Notes under the pieces: generated by a model | What the model was told of the DNA's origin: nothing | Database searches by the model: none | Seen by the model: only the letters and a program-made list of their open reading frames with translations | Shown here: positions 25,430 through 38,855 of the stretch, one piece after another | Position numbering within the stretch: the stretch's first letter is position 1 | Layout: each line of letters begins with the position of its first letter | Position numbers and translations under genes: made by a program | NCBI RefSeq assembly: GCF_018350175.1 | Contig: NC_058383.1 | Span: 27,282,001 to 27,346,000, forward strand | Reading direction: 5' to 3' | DNA: 64,000 bases | From: Felis catus | Lineage: Eukaryota

Positions 25430-25900
25430 TTCCTGTGTTTATTCTGTGCCAAGCACATGAAATCCTTGCCACTCTGCCAAGGCAGGTATCATGCTCCCCC
25501 TTTTACAGATCAGATTAACTGAAACTCAGGGAGGATCGTTTGCCCAGAAACACAGGCCTGATAAGGGTTGGAGCCAGGACTGATGCTTAGGTTTGCAAGC
25601 GGCCTGAAACGGGCACCTTCACCAATATCCTGGTGCTTTACAAAACCATGAACTTAGTGAATCGGGATCTCTGGGCCAGGAGCCCAAGAACCTGCGTTTT
25701 CATTGAACAGTCCTGGGTGAGTCTTATGCGTACTGAAGCTTGACAAGACCTGCACTGTAGCATGGGTAATTCAAGACCGGAAGCATCCGAAGTGACACAG
25801 ACAGCCAGTGCGAGACCAAGAATAGGACCCCTCCCCTCTGATCCCCAGTCAGTCACCAAGGCTCTGAGGTGTTCATGCAACTCTGATGCTCACGTTCTGC
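25430..25900. mobile_element. MIR fragments flanking a MER5A fragment
   Basis: ttttacagat..gaaactcagg (MIR) and ggagcccaagaacctgcgttttc..tgggtgagtcttatgc (MER5A). Confidence 0.6.
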
Positions 25901-25934
25901 ATCCACTAGACATTTGCATGATGGGTGTGTGTCT

Positions 25935-26240
25935 GTTTGAGGGCTCTAACTGACCAGACTGGGTGACTTAGAAACAGAATTGTATTTCTCATAGTCCTGG
26001 AGGCAGAGAGGTCCAAGATCGAAGTGCTGATGCATTCAGGGTCTGGCAGGACTTCCTAGTTTATGGACAGCTTTCTTCTTGCTGTGCCTTCACCTAGACG
26101 AATGGCTGAGGGAGCGTTCCAGTGTCTTCATTTATAATGGCACTCCTTCCGTTTTTCAGAGCTTTGCCCTCAGCAGCCCCCACCACACTGCGGGTCAGGA
26201 TTTCAACAAATTTAGGGGGACAAACCATTCCATCCACAGT
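25935..26240 (-). mobile_element. MaLR LTR (MLT1A-like)
   Basis: accagactgggtgacttagaaacagaattgtatttctcatagtcctggagg; tttcaacaaatttagggggacaaaccattc. Confidence 0.75.
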
Positions 26241-26793
26241 GGGGTACAAGGTTTTGCTCCTTCCTTTTTCTCCACTTACATGGTGATGACCTCCTTGCCC
26301 CGGAAACCCTGACCATCACCTTCATCTTTCCAGCTTTCTTTCCCCAGGGATAAGTGGCTCCTTTGGACTCCTCAGGATTTGTTCACAGCCATGAAGGTGC
26401 TCACACAATGGGACTTTGTCTGCCAGGTGTCCCTCTGGGATTTCACAAGGAGCTTATCTCATGTGTCCGTGGCTCCTGGGATGAAGGCTGGGGACGTGCA
26501 TGGCGGTGACACTGGTCGATGAGGGAGGGATTCCAACAGCACACAAGTCCCCTTGTTCTCTCAGAAAGGCTACATTGGGAATACAGACGCCGGCCAGAAT
26601 CACACAGCCCTCACCTTGTTGGAAAATGCAAACTCATCTCGAAGAAAGACTGAGAAAACAGAAACCTCACAGAGAGGTCAAGGACACTGGCAGTGCTTTA
26701 TAGAGATGGTGGTGCAGAGTTGGGCCCTTTCAACTGGGTGCAATTTTCCTTACTCTGTGGTCTTCCAAGTTTTAAGAAATTACAGGTCTCTTT

Positions 26794-27023
26794 GGGGCAC
26801 CTGGGTGGCGCAGTCGGTTAAGCGTCCGACTTCAGCCAGGTCATGATCTCGCGGTCCGTGAGTTCGAGCCCCACGTCGGGCTCTGGGCTGATGGCTCGGA
26901 GCCTGGAGCCTGTTTCCGATTCTGTGTCTCCCTCTCTCTCTGACCCTCCCCCGTTCATGCTCTGTCTCTCTCTGTCCCAAAAATAAATAAAAAACGTTGA
27001 AAAAAAAATTAAAAAAAAAAAAA
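26794..27023 (+). mobile_element. Young feline SINE (SINEC_Fc)
   Basis: Near-consensus, CpG-rich, long A tail. 20-bp TSD at 26774-26793 and 27024-27043 with 2 mismatches. Confidence 0.97.
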
Positions 27024-27387
27024 AAGAATTTACAGATCTCTTTACCACTTGGCCTTCCTTCCACAGATTGTAACCCATACCCCGGAACAGAGCCACAGGA
27101 CCTCAAAATGAAGTTCGGGCCCTTGGAGTTAGTGAATCACCTCGGAAGCTACAAAAGACCACAGAAGCATGGAAACTCTGGAAGGACTTCAATGGTTCTC
27201 CAGGTGGGTGTGAACACCTGTGAGAATAAACAGTTATCCAGTATCTAAACCACACACTTGGTTCTGTGTGTGCCTTAAGAGGTTTTGTAATTCTTGGCAA
27301 ACCACACGGAATTAGAATTCTTCGAACAACAAGGTTTTGAACACACCTACCTAAAAGAGGAGAGGCTTGTGGTAGGAAGTGTTAACA

Positions 27388-27900
27388 TGGGATGGCCAAT
27401 TGGTGGCCTCTAGATGATTCGTGCTAGGTGGTATTTTTTGGCCTGTAATATCGATGACATATTTTTCCTTGTTGCCCATGTTCTAAAACCAGGATAGGTC
27501 ACATGCAAATCCAGATTTCTCATTTCTCTTTTAAAAAATGAGAGATTTAGGGGTGCCTGGGTGGTTAAGTTTGCTAAGCGTCTGACTTCAGCTCAGGTCA
27601 TGATCTCATAGTTCATGAGTTCGAGCCCCGTGTCAGACTCTGTGCTGCCAGCTCAGAGCCTGGAGCCTGCTTCAGATTCTGTGTCTCCCTCTTTCTCTGC
27701 CCCTCCCCCACTCATGTGGGCACACTCTCTCAAATATAAACAAACATTAAAAAATAATTGAAAATGAGAGATTTACCAACACTGCACGTGTCCCTGCAAG
27801 ACAGCAAAGCTTCTGGCTGGATTGCTACCTGGTCACTGCCAACAACTGTATCGGTCACCTCCATTCACTAAGGCAATTCGCCTAAGGTCGCATGGCTGGT
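27388..27900 (+). mobile_element. MER102-like hAT element split by a SINE
   Basis: aaatccagatttctcatttctcttttaaaaaatgagagattt[SINE]accaacactg. Confidence 0.6.
27550..27760 (+). mobile_element. CanSINE with perfect 15-bp TSD
   Basis: TSD AAAATGAGAGATTTA at 27535-27549 and 27761-27775. Confidence 0.96.
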
Positions 27901-29879
27901 ATCAACAATTATTAGAAGAGCAGTTAACATTGGCTCATAGTGAAAACAAAGTGTTGTCCTAAGTGGGTAGTAAGAACCATCTAATTTAAACCGCCTAACA
28001 AGGTAGGTATTAACAGACCCATTTTACAGACGATGTATTCGAAGCTCAAAGGAGAAAGGAATTCGCTCAAGGTCACCTGTTAGTAAGTGGTAACCTTCCC
28101 ATCTCCTCGTGTGTGTCTTCAGGCCAGTGACTTGTCACAACGGCAACCATCCTAACAACAACCTTCTCAGAGGGACAAAGTGAAGACCGACTCAGATGGT
28201 GGAGCAGAGCCTTGCTCAGTCCTGGTGCACAGTGGGCAAGCCACAAGTGTCAGTTCCTCTGGAGGACAATTACCACCACTCTGTCGTGTTCGGCTTTTCA
28301 TAGCTCAGACCAGAAACAAGACAGGCCACGTGCCAGGAGAAACCTGAGAAACGCAGCCTCCACCCACCACTGCTGGGCAAGAGGTGCTGGTGGCTGTCTC
28401 CAGGACTCCATGTCCTCCTGAAGCTGGCCACCTGAGCTCCGCATGGACACAAGCCACATCTCAAGCTCAGCGTGATAATTAGCTTTCTCCCCAGGCACAT
28501 GCCATGGCACCTACCAATTTTGCACTCACTTGCTGTGGTCACCAAAATGGCAGACGGCCCACGGGAGCCAATGCCACTGAGTGTCCTGCAGATACTGTCG
28601 CGAGCTCCAGAGAGACTATGCTTTGCTCTGTAGCTTCTGGCACTAGTGAGTGGGCCTTCTGTCCCACGGGCAAACAGTTCAGGTTTAAGACCCAGAAGCC
28701 AAGACTGAGCACCAGGAGACTTAGAGGTGGAGGATAGGTGTTCAGTGCCTCCCTGCAAGGTGCCCAAGGTAGCTATTACTAAGCAATTTCTCGGCCTCAA
28801 AGTTTCAATACAGCCCTCTGGGCAGCCATTACTAACAGATTCTGATTTTCCTAGGCGATGCAAACTTATTTCTGTCCCTGACTTGAATCAAACCGTTCAT
28901 TTTCTGGTAAGGAAAAGAAGATTCAAGATGGGAAGTGAATGTCCTAAGGGCCACATGCTTTCTATCAAAACCTGGTCTAGAATCCAAGGTTCTTAATGCC
29001 AAATCCTGGGTTCATCCCTTTTTGCCAAAGTCAATTTCTATGCTTGTCCCCTCTGCCTTTTCTTCATTTTCTCTTCTTCGGCTGCCACACAAGAGCCTCT
29101 AACCAGGACATTTTCTGTTCAAAGGATAGCATATCCCAGCTCTGGGAAAACCAATTCAGCAGTGTTTCAGGTCTGGAGTGTTTCCAGGATGCCACACACA
29201 GACCTGCTGTTTCAAGCCATGGGGGAAAACTGACCCCAGGATGCTGGGCACAGGGTGATGAAGGGGAGAACTTCACAGTGCTTGCAGAGGGGACACCCCC
29301 AACTCCAGGCTGTGCCTCAGAACAGGGGAGCCTCCTTCCTGGGCCGGAAAAGAGATGGCTGGTCGTCGAACATGCAGGGGACAGAGGGTTCCTATGTTCA
29401 GAGTCAAGGTCAAAGTCAGGTGGTTTCAGAGCAAAGAGACTCAGGGTCTCCTTCCTGCCTCCTGGCCTTCTCCTAGGTTTCTTAATGTTATCAACAGTGG
29501 GGATGACAGTGACAGCACCAATGACAGTGGCCATTAGGACAGCTATTTTCAAAGTCCTCATGAAGCAACACATTTAGCAGTTCATGTGTATTATTTCAAT
29601 AAATCCTCGTTCCATCCTCAAGGGCTGGCTACCACAGGATGGCCATCAAGTCTGGAAACAGATGGTTTTATATCATGCTTTTAGCATCGTGAGAGGCCCC
29701 TGATGGCCATGCACATTCACCTCTGTTGCCAGAGTACGGACACCCTGTGGTACTGTTGCCAACTTACAGAGGAGAAAACAGGCTCAGAGAGGTTACATGA
29801 GTTGCCCAGAAGCCACAGAGATTGGCCCACTGAACCTTCTAATCTTCATAGACGTTAGGAAAAAAAAAAAAAAAGTAAC

Positions 29880-30130
29880 CAGAACCCTCAGATGTGGTGT
29901 GGTTTGACTTAAACGATACACAGCACTTTTTACATTTTTTTTCCTACTAGTTGCCAACCCCCAAAGATTGGGTGATTTCAGAACATCCAGATTTATGGCT
30001 TTTCTTAGAATGTCCAAAGATCTGGCCAAGTGAGCATGCTGGTTGGCATGGCTGAACTGGAGGAAGTTGCTACTTCCTTAAGGTAGGTACACACCCTCCT
30101 CTCAGCAACGGCCCTGACCCACCCACCTGG
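29880..30130 (+). mobile_element. MER102-like fragment
   Basis: gttgccaac ... atccagatttatggcttttcttagaatgtccaaagatctggcca. Confidence 0.65.
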
Positions 30131-31309
30131 GTAAGCCCGAGTTGGTGACCACCCCCCCATTTCTTTGCCACCAGGGTTTATCGCTGTACCATTCTACCCA
30201 CTCAATGGCTTATTCATCAGGACCCCACCCTCACTTCCAGTCCCAAAGAAGCAACGTTTGGGATGCCTTAACCTAAAAAGGATCAAAGTTCTACTAATCC
30301 ACAGTAAGTTCAACACTGTGGTTTATTCATTTACAAGCCTCTACCTAGAGCTCAATAGCTTTGATTTTTCCTGGCGTGGTGGGATCACACAGGGAGGTGG
30401 TGATGGGGACGCTTCAGTGCGGAGCACAGAACAGGAAGAGGTTATTAGCACCACTGTTTTCTGGCTTCCTGCATAGCCACCACACGCAGCTGCCTCTGAA
30501 CTGGCTGTTTGTTCCTAGCTGTCCCGGAAGGAAGCGCGCTCATCACCCACGACAACAGAATTGGCCCTAGGAGCCGAGAACGTGCGCAGGGGCTCTGAGT
30601 CCCAGCTCTCCTTCTGTACGGAGCAACCCCAGAGCTGCCCAGACAGGAAAATGGGAAGAAAGCACAGCCTGGGATACAGCATCCTGTAGCCCACTGACAA
30701 AGCCCCAGCTGGGGGACAGGGAAAAGGAGGAGGAGGCCAGAGGAAGGGGGTTCGGCAGGGCACATGGATTGTGTACAATGAGCTCCTTTCATCAGTGAAT
30801 AGAGGACTCTCCTCAACTCAGTCTCAATGGCTTTGTTTCTTAAACAACCCATTCTACACCCAGAAAGCCAAATTTGCCAGACCCTGTGCCAAGGTCAGGC
30901 AAGAGCCTGAGACCCCCAAGCAAGCTGCTAATCAGCACCCAGGAGACAACCACAGTGCCCAGTGCCATTTGGCTGACCTGAAGTCTACAAAGATCCCCTT
31001 TTATTTTTATGCTTTTCTGCAGTGGGGTTGGGCACTCGGGGTTGGGAGGGGGGCTCACTCACACGCGTGACATGTTTGGCATAACTGTAGGATCTATTCA
31101 GGGTAGTAAGTGTTTCCTTCCCACAAACTTCATTGAGACATCTGCACAGAGGGGGCAGGGCAGGATGAGAAAGGACTGGAGAAGAGGCCAGTTCAAGTCT
31201 GCAGTCTCAAGATGACCCGATTCACGATGTGGGAGCCGTCACTGCTGATGACCAAGCAGGAGCCCCTGCGTTGCAGGCACATTGAGAGCCTCATCTTCAG
31301 AGATTTATT

Positions 31310-31655
31310 GCACAGGTAGCAAAGAGCCAACTGGGGACCTATGGACCAGGATTCAGTTCAGACATGTTTTGTTTACCCTGTACCATATTTTCAAAAGCAA
31401 ACTGTTAAATACCATGCCAACACTTAATATTTGGGAGGTCCCACGTAAAACTGCAAAGTCCTGGCATTTCTTAGAAAACCTTAAGACTTGGAAACACAAA
31501 TCCATCACCTCCCTAAGGTACCAGTAGTATGGATCCGGGAAGCAGCTGTCTCCCTTAGAAGGGGCATGTGCCCTCCAGGCTACCCAGCCCGCAGACAGGC
31601 TTCCCTTATGAAGGAGGCCTGGTGGCTGCTATGGGCCCTCAACTCCGCGATCTGA
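31310..31655 (+). mobile_element. MER102-like element
   Basis: tgccaacacttaatatttgggag; ttcttagaaaa; cagctgtctcccttagaaggggcatgtgccctccag. Confidence 0.7.
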
Positions 31656-34194
31656 TTTATTAAGTCTCAACACTCTCAACGGAGGCCCTGGGATGAGAGA
31701 TAAATACAGAATACGTATCATAGACTGGTCTTAAGGCCAACTTGGCTACAAAATCCAAGGACAGTTTGACCTAAGAAGCACAGATGAACACACATCCGAG
31801 ACACTACGTCTGCAGCTGAGTCCCCTCATCCGGTAGAGGTGAGGGTCCCCTTCCCAGCTAACTACTATTTTAACAACTTGCCCTGCTTTCCCAAGAACCT
31901 AGACTATCTTCTGTGTACGCATATCTGAAGCCCTGTGGCTATCAACCTAGACAGCACTCTCATTTTCACTGAGCCCACACTAACTGAACCTGAAGCCACA
32001 CAGGGTTGGGATTTAAAAGATGAATCCTCAGAACCCGGCCAAATTAGGAGTTGCAGGAGGTTTTCCTGAGGTCAAGTGCCTGCTGCAAAGATGAGCCTTG
32101 GGCATCAAAGACTGAGCAGAAAGCAGATGAACTCAACCGACTGGCCACCATGGGAGATGAAGAAACAGAGAGGTTCCTCCATGTGGCATATGTAGCTTAT
32201 CTGGCAAGCTGTGGCTTCCTGGGAAGTTATTACCTACACCGACATCATAAAATGCAAGCAAGTTCCCAATTTAGCCAAGGCTACAAAAGCTCAACACAAA
32301 CAGGGCAGGCCCCTCAGTGGTGGCAGGTACAGCGTATTTTATTACAGCTTTTCTAGGTCCAAGAAGGTGGGTTGACATTTACTGCATCTGCTTCTGTCCT
32401 ATGTAGCCAAGACCGTTATTCTTCAAGCTCTGTATACGACTGTGAGTCTGTGTGTGTGTTCGTGCATACATGCGTACACGCAAACATCTGTGAGCATTCA
32501 CTTGCATGAACACGTGGTCTCTTCCGCTTGAAGCCTTCCAAAAAGCTGCTGTGAGATTTCGAAGTTTTGTTTGCCTGCTACCCCTAATTTTGGGGAATTG
32601 CCTCTAAGTCACCCCAGTCCTAGTACTAATTTCCAATGGCCACTGTGCGAAGGGAGGGAGGGCCATGGCAGCAGAGATCCCACTCCGCAGACTTCTTTCT
32701 GAGCTGTGAGGTGAGGAAGAGGGAAAGCATGCAGTATTTTATTTCTGCACTTTGCATTTAGTTATAATTATTCATGCAGGAGCATCGTTAAACACCAAAA
32801 GGGGGAAATATTACAGTTGCTGATTTCACACGCTAACTGTATTTACATGCTAACAGCATTTCTCAGGGACAATTATCTTATTACTAGTGCACTAATCTTT
32901 TCAATCTTTCCAACACAGTTTACAGCTGTAGACTTCAAAAATTAAGGCTAATTAAGACTCTGTGTTTCAGCAGGTATGGTGAACCACTTAGACATTTTAA
33001 CTGAGTCCAGGACCATCAGTATCAGGACAGAGTTTGAAGGGGGCAGGGATGGGGGGGACATACAGTGCCACAGGCAGAGAGAAGAGGCTGTGTACCTTCC
33101 ATTAACTGGAGGGTTCCAACTCTCCCAATGGATTCTAGAACCCAGTAGACAAATTCCATCAATCGACAGACCTGTAGGTATCAGGACCAAGGACAGCTGG
33201 CTTGGCCCATTCAAGGGTCAAGTGAGTATTTTGCATTTGATTACCTATTTCCATTCTTCAGTGGCTGAGAAGATGGGCTCCTGTACCAGTGCACCTGTAT
33301 TCAAATGCTGGGTTGGCTGCTTACTCTGCTTATCCTTCAACAAGATACTTAACCCGTTGATGCCTTGGTTTCCCCATATGAAACCAGAGTATTAGTAACA
33401 CCTGCCACTGAAGCCTATGCTCAGGACTGACTGAATTCACATTTGTAGAACACTTGGAATCATGTCTGGTTCATAATCATCATCAAATAAGTCTTTTTTC
33501 CAAAAGTGCGGGCTATAAGAACTAATCACTGGAGGCTGTAACATACCTCAACAACATCTGTTTTCTAACACATTCTTGACCTCATGCAATCTCACTGCAT
33601 TATGAGCCATTTGAGAACTGCTAATATATAATCATCGCTGTATTTATTGTGTCTGTGAGCAATGCATTCTCCAATTACTTGTCCTGGTATCTCATTAGCT
33701 GCCATATAAAACCAGCACCTTGGATCATCCGTGGTATTTTTTTGTTTTGTTTTGTTTTAAATCACAGAGAAGCAGACCTCTCCCTGAAAGGCTGTCATGG
33801 GAACCCAGATTTGCGGCCCAACTCCTCAGACCCCAAGCACGGTTCCAGCCATCTAATTACTGCATGAGGAGCTGCTGATCCGTTTCTCGCTGTACTGGGA
33901 CTGCTGAGTTTCCTCAAGCACCGGCTGTGTGCTTCGACCTGGGCTTGGCCATCTACAACCCCATCTTTTAAGCTCTCACACCAATCCTCCAAGTAGGCAC
34001 TGTGGAATGGAGAATGTGGAGAAGGTAACGCTGCCCCCATTTGACAGATGAGGAGACGGAGGCTTCAAACAACTCGTCTCTGATCGCTCAAGTTGCTAAC
34101 CAAACCAAGTTGTGACGTGCCTCTCACAATTAACCTTCTCTCCTTCCCCGTTTTCTTAAGCTGGCTGGGTCCATCTGTCAAGGTGATTACTGCC

Positions 34195-34440
34195 ACTAAT
34201 GAATGGTAACAACCACCACCAGCACCAACATATGCTACCTGCCAGGCACTATTCTAAACCACTGACTATCCTATCAAGGCACAGACTATGATTAGCCTCT
34301 ATTTCACAGATGAGGAAACTGGACTCAAAGGGGTTCTAGGAGATGCCCAAAGCCACACAGCTACAAAGTGCTGGAGCCAGAATTTGATCAAATTCAGGCT
34401 CCAGAGGCCCTGCCCCTCAACACTCTGAAATACAGCCTCT
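34195..34440 (-). mobile_element. MIR
   Basis: tgccaggcactattctaa ... tttcacagatgaggaaactg ... gcccaaagccacacagct. Confidence 0.75.
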
Positions 34441-34686
34441 CATAAAGCCTGTGGAATTCAACTGTCGCCCTTTCAGTAAACACCTAGGGTGCAACAAGCT
34501 GGATGGAATAGGGGCGAATGGGTTCAGTCACCATCTATCAAACAAGGATGACAAAAGTCATGACTTAGTTCCGTTTGTGAGAAATGCCATCCAAGAGGAG
34601 GATGTGGGGAGGACATCAAACATAGGAACTTCAAGTCGGGCAATGAAGACGATTCTTTCAGGGAGTGACAATTAAAATGGGCTTCA

Positions 34687-34902
34687 GGGGCTCCTGGGTG
34701 ACTCAGTGGTTTAAATCTCTAACCCTTGATTTCGGCTCAGGTCATGATCTCACGTTTCATGAGTGCAAACCCCCCCCATCAGGCCCTGCACTTACAGTGC
34801 AGAACCTGCTTGGGATTCTCTCCCCCCTTCTCTCTCTGCCCCTCCCCCACTCACATACACTCTCCCTCTCACAATAAATCAAAGTAAAATAAAGTAAAAT
34901 AG
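34687..34902 (+). mobile_element. CanSINE
   Basis: Head ggggctcctgggtgactcag. TSD AATGGGCTTCA at 34676-34686 and 34903-34913. Confidence 0.95.
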
Positions 34903-36145
34903 AATGGGCTTCAAAGAATAAACAAGGGTCAACTCACTTGAGATGGGAAAGCCCATAAGCATTTTAGGCAGGAAGTACAGCATTAGCAACGTTTTTAAGC
35001 AACAAAGAGAGGCAGCCCAATCCTAGAATGTGGAGGGGTGAGGGGCTTAAGGGGACACAGGAGGACCTGGTCACAGGGCCGGGCCGGGCCAGGCAGTCCC
35101 TGTGGGTTCCAAGGAGTTTGGATTTCATTCCAAGAGCAGCAGAGAATGATGGAGAAGGTTCATGTGGGGAGCGACGGGACTCCTCCCTAGAAGCCAGCTT
35201 TCCCTCCCACGTCCTAGATCATTGTTAAATGGCTTCACACAATCGGATGTGAAGGTACCTCGGAAAACCTGTTCAGTGGACCAACACGGTTAAACTTTTC
35301 AAGATGAACTTCAAGTGGTTTCTACTTCACATTTTTAGGGATCATAACACATCCCACACTGTCTAAGCCATAGGTTGCTACTACCTACCAAGCTTTACAA
35401 GTGATTTAATCCTCATTGTTACAGACCATGGGGGGGGGGGGAAATCAAGAAACGGCATGTTGCAGCATATTCAAATCTGAAGTATCTTCTGTCAAAAAAA
35501 AAAAAAATCAAAGACAAAAAAAAAATCAATCTCAGACAAACGTCAATTTGCAGCTCTGAAGTTCTATGGCTTATGAAAATGCCAGGGGCATTCGTATATT
35601 GAAAAAGATGAATGGCAACCCCCCCAACGCACACACACAATCAAACTATATCCTATGTCCTGTCAGCTCCCTTTTACTGACTGCTACTGTGTGTTCTGTG
35701 TTTATTTCAACTTGATAGTTCATGTGACCCCCATTCATTTGGCCTCAAACTGAGGACATGGGTGTCCAATACTAAAATCAGGATGTCCCAAACGAGGACA
35801 AATAGGTCTCTCTAGCCACAACAACCACAGGTATTATAAAGAAAACATGGGCTCCAAGAAGTAAAGTTATTATCATCACATGGTACTTAAGGACTGGGGA
35901 CCAAGGTTTAATTCTGTGGGCAAAGACAGCCAGCCTTCTACCTGCCCTGGAGAAGGACTTTGAAAACCACTTCGTTGGCTCATTGTCCCCCTCCTCCAAG
36001 CCTCTCAAGACCTCAACCTCACATCCTGATGGGGAAGGTCTTTGTGGGAAGAAAGCTGTGATCCCATTCCAGGGGTTCATCCTTTCCATAGCCCTCTGTT
36101 CCAAAGATAACCACAATACTCACGGACCCCCCCAAGACCCAGACA

Positions 36146-36147
36146 CC

Positions 36148-36182
<35 letters not shown>

Positions 36183-36188
36183 ACCCTA
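36146..36188 (-). repeat. Short interstitial telomeric repeat (TTAGGG)n with two TTTAGGG units
   Basis: Plus strand reads (CCCTAA)3 CCCTAAA CCCTAA CCCTAAA CCCTA. Confidence 0.9.
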
Positions 36189-37208
36189 CTTTCTGTTTCT
36201 GGCTTCACCATGTGATGACTGCGAATTTTGAGCATTTGAGCACTTCAACTCACCCTAGGACGATCTCACCTAGAAGTGCCGGCCAGACAAACAGCTCTGA
36301 ATCAGAGCTGAGTCAGGTGCAGGGCATGCAAAAGAAATTCCTGGCCTCGGCTGAGTTCTAGAACCGAAGAGCTGCAAAGAACCTGGAGACCGTCACGCCC
36401 AGGTATGCTCACTGCACAGCCAGAAAACACCGGGGCTCAAAAGAACAGAGTAGTTGCATCGTGCTTTTTCTCCTCTGCCGTATTCTCGTAGTTGAAGGAA
36501 AATAGTCAAACACGGACACTCACAGGTGAGGGTTTTTTTACCTCCCTAGGCATGCCAGACAGCTGACACTCAATAGATTTTCAGTGAATGGATGGCATCA
36601 GCAAGCATTTGCCAGGCACAGCATGAGAGGGACAGTGTGTTGGGGGAGAGGAGCAGGGACACTGTGGTTCCCACACCAAATGGGTGCTCACTTGTTGCAA
36701 AATACGTTTTTTTTTTAAACAAAGATAACCATTTTAATATAATCACCTCTGTAATTTTGATTAGATCTACTGGGTTTGCTTAAGAGTCCAAACCCTTAAG
36801 GGGAAATCCGCTTAAAGTTTTCTTCTGCCAGATCACCAGAAAGAAGCCGTTTTCCAAAAGGTGGCCCTTCGGTGAAGCTGCCCACATAACTGAACCTAAA
36901 ATCCTAGTCCATATTTCAGTAAAATGCCTCCTTCTAAGGAGGTCATTTTTGGGAATCTTTCCATTCCTTCAAATAAGGCAACAATGGCTGCCAATGATTA
37001 ATCATCGATTACGGGCCAGGTACTTCTTTGGCTCTAACTCATTGAAATTCTCATTCTTACCTTCAGGACAACACTGTGAGACAGAGAGCCCCAGTTCACA
37101 GCTGACAAAAGTGAGGCTAACAGTTCAATGACTGCTCCAGTGACACAGAGCTAGTGGGAGGCAGAGCTGAGATTTGAACTGGGTCTTACTTCCAAGTCTA
37201 AGCTCTTT

Positions 37209-37226
37209 AATGTTTATTTGAGAGAC

Positions 37227-37266
<40 letters not shown>

Positions 37267-37405
37267 CGCAAAGGGGACAGAGCATCCGAAGCAGGCTCTA
37301 TGCTGACAGCAGCAAGCCCGATGTGGGGCTCGCACCCACGAAGCCGTGAGCTCATGACCTGAACTGAAATGGGACGCTCAACCGTCTGAGCCACTCAGGC
37401 GCCCC
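37209..37405 (-). mobile_element. CanSINE with (GA)n microsatellite, inserted at the end of a MIR
   Basis: Reverse-complement head gccactcaggcgcccc; flanking repeat aagt[c/a]taagctcttt. Confidence 0.95.
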
Positions 37406-38263
37406 AAAAGTATAAGCTCTTTCCTACGACGTCCTACTAACCTCTGATTAAAGCCGACCACCCCTTTCTTGTTACATTTTTCCATGCACAGAACTCTCCA
37501 AGGAGCTCAATTTTTACAAGCAATACAAAACAAGGAATCAGGAAACCTCTGTCCGCTCTCAGCTTTATCACAACCAATGCACCATTCTAAATGCGCTGCA
37601 AAGTGACTAAGTCTTCACTGCTTCATCCATTCAGTGGGTACAGCTCCCAACCACTTCTGCAAACTGTTGCCAGAAACCAAACGGAATGCAGCCAAAAGCG
37701 TACCTTCTAGAGCTAGAACTGTCAGAGGCCGGTGGCTCTTCCCGCGGGAGGTCTGTCTTAACGATCTTGCAAACGCTCCCCTGGGCAGGCAGCCCGACAC
37801 ACTACGTTCTGCCCCGAGGAGTTACCTCCTAAAATAAACCCCGCTGACTTTAGTTAGCTCACCATGGACTATATATAGAACAAAATACTCAAAAGGTTCC
37901 ATCTGGCAGCAGCTTCGCCCAGGCTCAGCCCAAACGGCTGATTTCTAACACAACCTGCAACACCTGACAGGCAACTTTAACTCAGGGCAGTCGAGAGTTG
38001 GGAAACCCCTGTGGGGTTAGCGCAGTCTGTCAGGGCATCGAGGCCCCGGGGCTTCTGAGCAAACTATTACCGCAGGAAAATGTGAGCTCATCCCAAGGAG
38101 GGTGCCGCAGAGAAATCAGACAGGGGGCAGTGGGGAGGGGTCATCAGCCATCCAATTGTGCATTTTGAATATGTGCAATTTATCACGAGACAACCATTCC
38201 CCAATAAAGCTGGACAGCAAAGGTTTGGGAAAACTAATGCCGTTCAGCTTTAAGAGAGAATGA

Positions 38264-38472
38264 GGGGCCTCTGGGTGGCTGAGGCAATTAAGGATCTGAC
38301 TCTTGGTTTCGGCTCAGGTCATGATCTCGTGGTTTGTGAGTTTGAGCCCCTAGTCTGGGCTCTGTGCTGGTGGGGCGGAGCCTGCTTGGGAGTCTCTCTC
38401 ACCCTCTCTCTGCCCCTCCCCCACTCACACTGTCTCTGTCTCTCTCAAATAAATAAAATAGAACTTTAAAAA
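38264..38472 (+). mobile_element. CanSINE
   Basis: ggggcctctgggtggctgag head, CT tract and AATAAA tail. Confidence 0.93.
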
Positions 38473-38629
38473 AGAGAATTAGTAACAGGCAATACCAAAA
38501 TAAAATAGAGATCTGGGTTAGAAAATTGCTAACCTTTTGGCTCTGGCAGTCCATGAAATTACGGTTCTAAGTCCAGGCAAACACTATAGAAGGAAGATCA
38601 AAGGCTTCTAGGAATTAATCTATTTACTC

Positions 38630-38855
38630 AACTAATAATGACTGCAGCTGTCATTTCCTGAGCTCTTGCAGCATGCCAGGCACGAGGCATGGTTCGCCAT
38701 AACCATTATCTCATACTTCCCCACAGCCAGCCTGTGAAGCAGTCACTGGTATTCTTCCCATTGGACGGATGAGGAAACTGAGGCACAATGAGGTCATCTC
38801 TCCAGAATTCGGACCAGGTCATTTCAGAATTCGTGCTCCTACTCACTGTGCCAAG
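38630..38855 (-). mobile_element. MIR
   Basis: tgccaggcac ... cccattggacggatgaggaaactgaggcac. Confidence 0.75.

Noticed and set aside
28270..29577. Cluster of long ORFs (197, 193 and 169 aa) on both strands
   Set aside because: No recognisable homology, partly overlapping MIR-like fragments, and composition typical of chance ORFs in GC-moderate intron.
36146..36188. CCCTAAA units as plant DNA contamination or horizontal transfer
   Set aside because: Only two units within a CCCTAA array; one insertion plus slippage explains them, and the flanks are mammalian.
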